In this document: one piece after another, positions 61,759 to 64,000 of the stretch
How positions within the stretch are numbered: the first letter of the stretch is position 1
Layout of the letters: every line of letters begins with the position of its first letter
NCBI RefSeq assembly: GCF_009914755.1
Contig: NC_060944.1
DNA length: 64,000 bases
Reading direction: 5' to 3' (one strand)
Source: the human T2T-CHM13v2.0 reference genome, Homo sapiens
Made by a program: the position numbers and the translations under genes
The notes under the pieces: generated by a model
Told to the model about the DNA's origin: nothing
Database searches by the model: none
The model's input: the letters and a program-made list of their open reading frames with translations, nothing else

Positions 61759-63117
61759 CTCTCCTGGTCCTTCTCCAGGGCTTCCTGCTCAGCCTCCAGG
61801 CTAGCCTGGAGCCCTGACTGCTCTCTGCTGCCACTGTTCAGACTGGCAAGTTTCTGCCTCTGCTCTTCAATCTCCGTGCCCAGGGTGGAGTGCCTCTGCA
61901 GCGCAGAATGTCTCCTCTCCAGCCTGGCCAGGGCCCGCTCCAGCGCCTCTCTCTGCTGCTTCTCTCTGGACTCCAAAATCTCCTTTTCCTTTTTCCTCAC
62001 TTTTTCCTCCTGACGTGCAATGTTGGCAGTGAATTCAAAGGTGGCTTGGAGCTTTTGCAGCTGGTTTGCATTGGCCTGGTACTGTGCAAGCTGTTCTTCT
62101 TTTTCTTCCATTTCCTTTTCTACTTGATAAAGAGTGTTGTCTAAGCTGAGAGGGCCTCTGTCAAGAATTTCAAATGCTCTCTGCTTTTCTTCCAACAGAG
62201 TTGGCAAGTGATTCTGCAGGAGGTACTGTAGCTGGCGTTCTTTATATTGCAGCCTGTACTCCACTGGCTTTATTTTCTCGAAATCTTGAGGCACTTCCGT
62301 GACATCTGTGACACTCTCATCATGTTTTTCCAACAATCTAGATTCTTTGTCATGTTCACATTTTAAACACTCTAGGATCTCCTGTTCTTCTTGGACTTCT
62401 TTTTTCAGGATGTCTTTCTGCTGAACCAGGTCCTTCTCCAAGTTCACTAGCTTGACAAGCTGCCTTCTCTTGAATTCGAAGAAACGCAGTTGAGCCTTTT
62501 CTAACTCCTCGCCATCTTCATCCCCTCCGGCACGAGCCTCCTTCACCCGCAGGAGGGATTCCCGAATGCCTTCCAGGTCCCTCTTCTCCTCTTCCACCCA
62601 CTGTACCTCCCCACGCCGCAGGAGCTGGATCATCTCCTGCTTCTCTCGGAGCTGCTCTTCCAGATGGGCCACGAGCATGACCTGCTCCTTCTCCTGCTCC
62701 TCTAGTCTCTTTTTTTCCAGTTCAAGCTTGGCATACTGTTCATCTTTTTCCTTTTGGAGCTGGTCCAGTTCTTGAAATATCTGAAACTTCTCAGCCTTCT
62801 CGTTGTTGTTGAGTTCTTTGAGTCGTTGGAGTTCTTCTTGGACGCGGAGAAAGGTCTCTTCTTCTTGTCTCTTCTTCTGCAGCTCGATTTCCTGCTGTTC
62901 CCTCAGCCTCTCCTCTTCAAATTTTTCCTTCTCCGCAAGTAAATCCTTTAGCTTGTTCTCGATGTGGAAGCTGCGGCGTTTGAGGCTCTCCTCCTGCTTG
63001 CGAATCTGGAGCTGCACGATTTCTGTCTCCTTGCGCTGGGTCTCCACCTCCTGCTGCATCCGCTCCAGTTCAGCCTTGTCTGATTTCTGCTTTTCCTCCA
63101 TTTCTTCTATGAGTTTC
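61759..63117 (-). CDS. KIF16B: KIF16B large coiled-coil stalk exon (1359 nt, ~aa 613-1066; probably exon 19)
   Basis: 457-aa E/K/Q/R-rich ORF (KLIEEMEEKQKSDKAELERMQQ...ALEKDQER). Acceptor ctttgcatttcag|G at 63117; donor AG|gtgaga at 61759; phase 2-2. Confidence 0.97.
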
Positions 63118-64000
63118 CTGAAATGCAAAGCACTGACTGGTTGTTATCTGGTCATTGTTCAAATGTTGCTCTAACTTTACTGAAATGTTCTGAAAATGCA
63201 CATACAACCAGGTCAAAGCCTCCATTAAAATAAAAAAAAGAAGAGTAACTGCTTTCCTTTAAATTTCCAGCAGCATCCTGTTTAATTTTTTTTATTTTTT
63301 AACTGTCCAACATATCACCTGCCTATTCTCCTGAAGTGGCTTCTGATATCATTTCTTTGTAGAGCATATAATCATAATGTGTTATGCATGATATAATTTT
63401 AAAAGGCCCCTGAGCTCAAAGAGAAAGAACCATGCCCAATTTAAATTAAATGTGAATAACTTTATTCAGCCCAATGACTAAAACTCAACAGAAGTTGTTA
63501 CAAGACAACATTAAATAAAAATGCTTATGCTGTCCTCATCTCATTGGGGTCAAATATCAAAGTCATGATAATCGACAGTTCATTGTTCCAGCTAAAAAAT
63601 ACATACTATTTAGCATTTAATCACTAGTTTGGGACAAATGGTGATCACCAAATGGTCCAAAATGTTAGTTTATTAGTGCATAACACTGAAAACAACTGGA
63701 GCCTCCATTGGAATATACAAAATGCATAATTTTGCAGGCTGGTGGGGAGGTGACATGTTGTGTTTTCTGTTGGAGAACAAATGATCTCCACTGGGTACTG
63801 TACTGAAGTTTAGGGTTGGGATGGCCTCCAGAGGAAGAACACAGAGTTAGAGCAGGAATACTGGGCTTCCACCTCCTGACCCACCAAACGTCTATCTTGG
63901 ATGATGCTGGAAACTAAGCCAGTTTATTTGTGACATTTAAACTCCAGGTCCTACTAAATAAACATTTACTTTGCAGATTTTCTATAGCCTTAGTTTTTAC

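Noticed and set aside
61705-63174. Plus-strand S/L/F-rich ORFs
   Set aside because: Antisense shadows of the E/K/Q-rich KIF16B exon.

Overview
Primate (almost certainly human) genomic DNA, entirely inside the 3' half of KIF16B (kinesin-3 motor, also called SNX23), transcribed on the minus strand. Six canonical coding exons can be spliced in frame with GT-AG boundaries read from the sequence: 63117-61759, 57361-57209, 54713-54617, 53586-53536, 39408-39286 and 18975-18886. They cover the coiled-coil stalk and the first half of the PI3P-binding PX domain; the motor domain and last exons lie outside the window. The introns hold the usual Alu, L1, L2, MIR, MaLR-LTR and DNA-transposon fossils. The standout is an uninterrupted 2.1-kb reading frame at 52218-50098 in the intron before the PX exons. 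I recall only its last 226 codons as the alternative C-terminus of a 1392-aa isoform. A good in-phase splice acceptor at 52218 would add 480 more residues (predicted ~1872-aa kinesin). The last ~330 aa look homologous to the tandem PH-like C-terminal domain of Nischarin, a Rab14/Rab4/Rab9/Rac1-binding module. This suggests a splice/polyadenylation switch that swaps the lipid-binding PX tail for a putative small-GTPase-binding tail, possibly derived from an ancient retrocopy. Homologies, isoform sizes, exon numbers and repeat subfamily names are from memory and were not computed.
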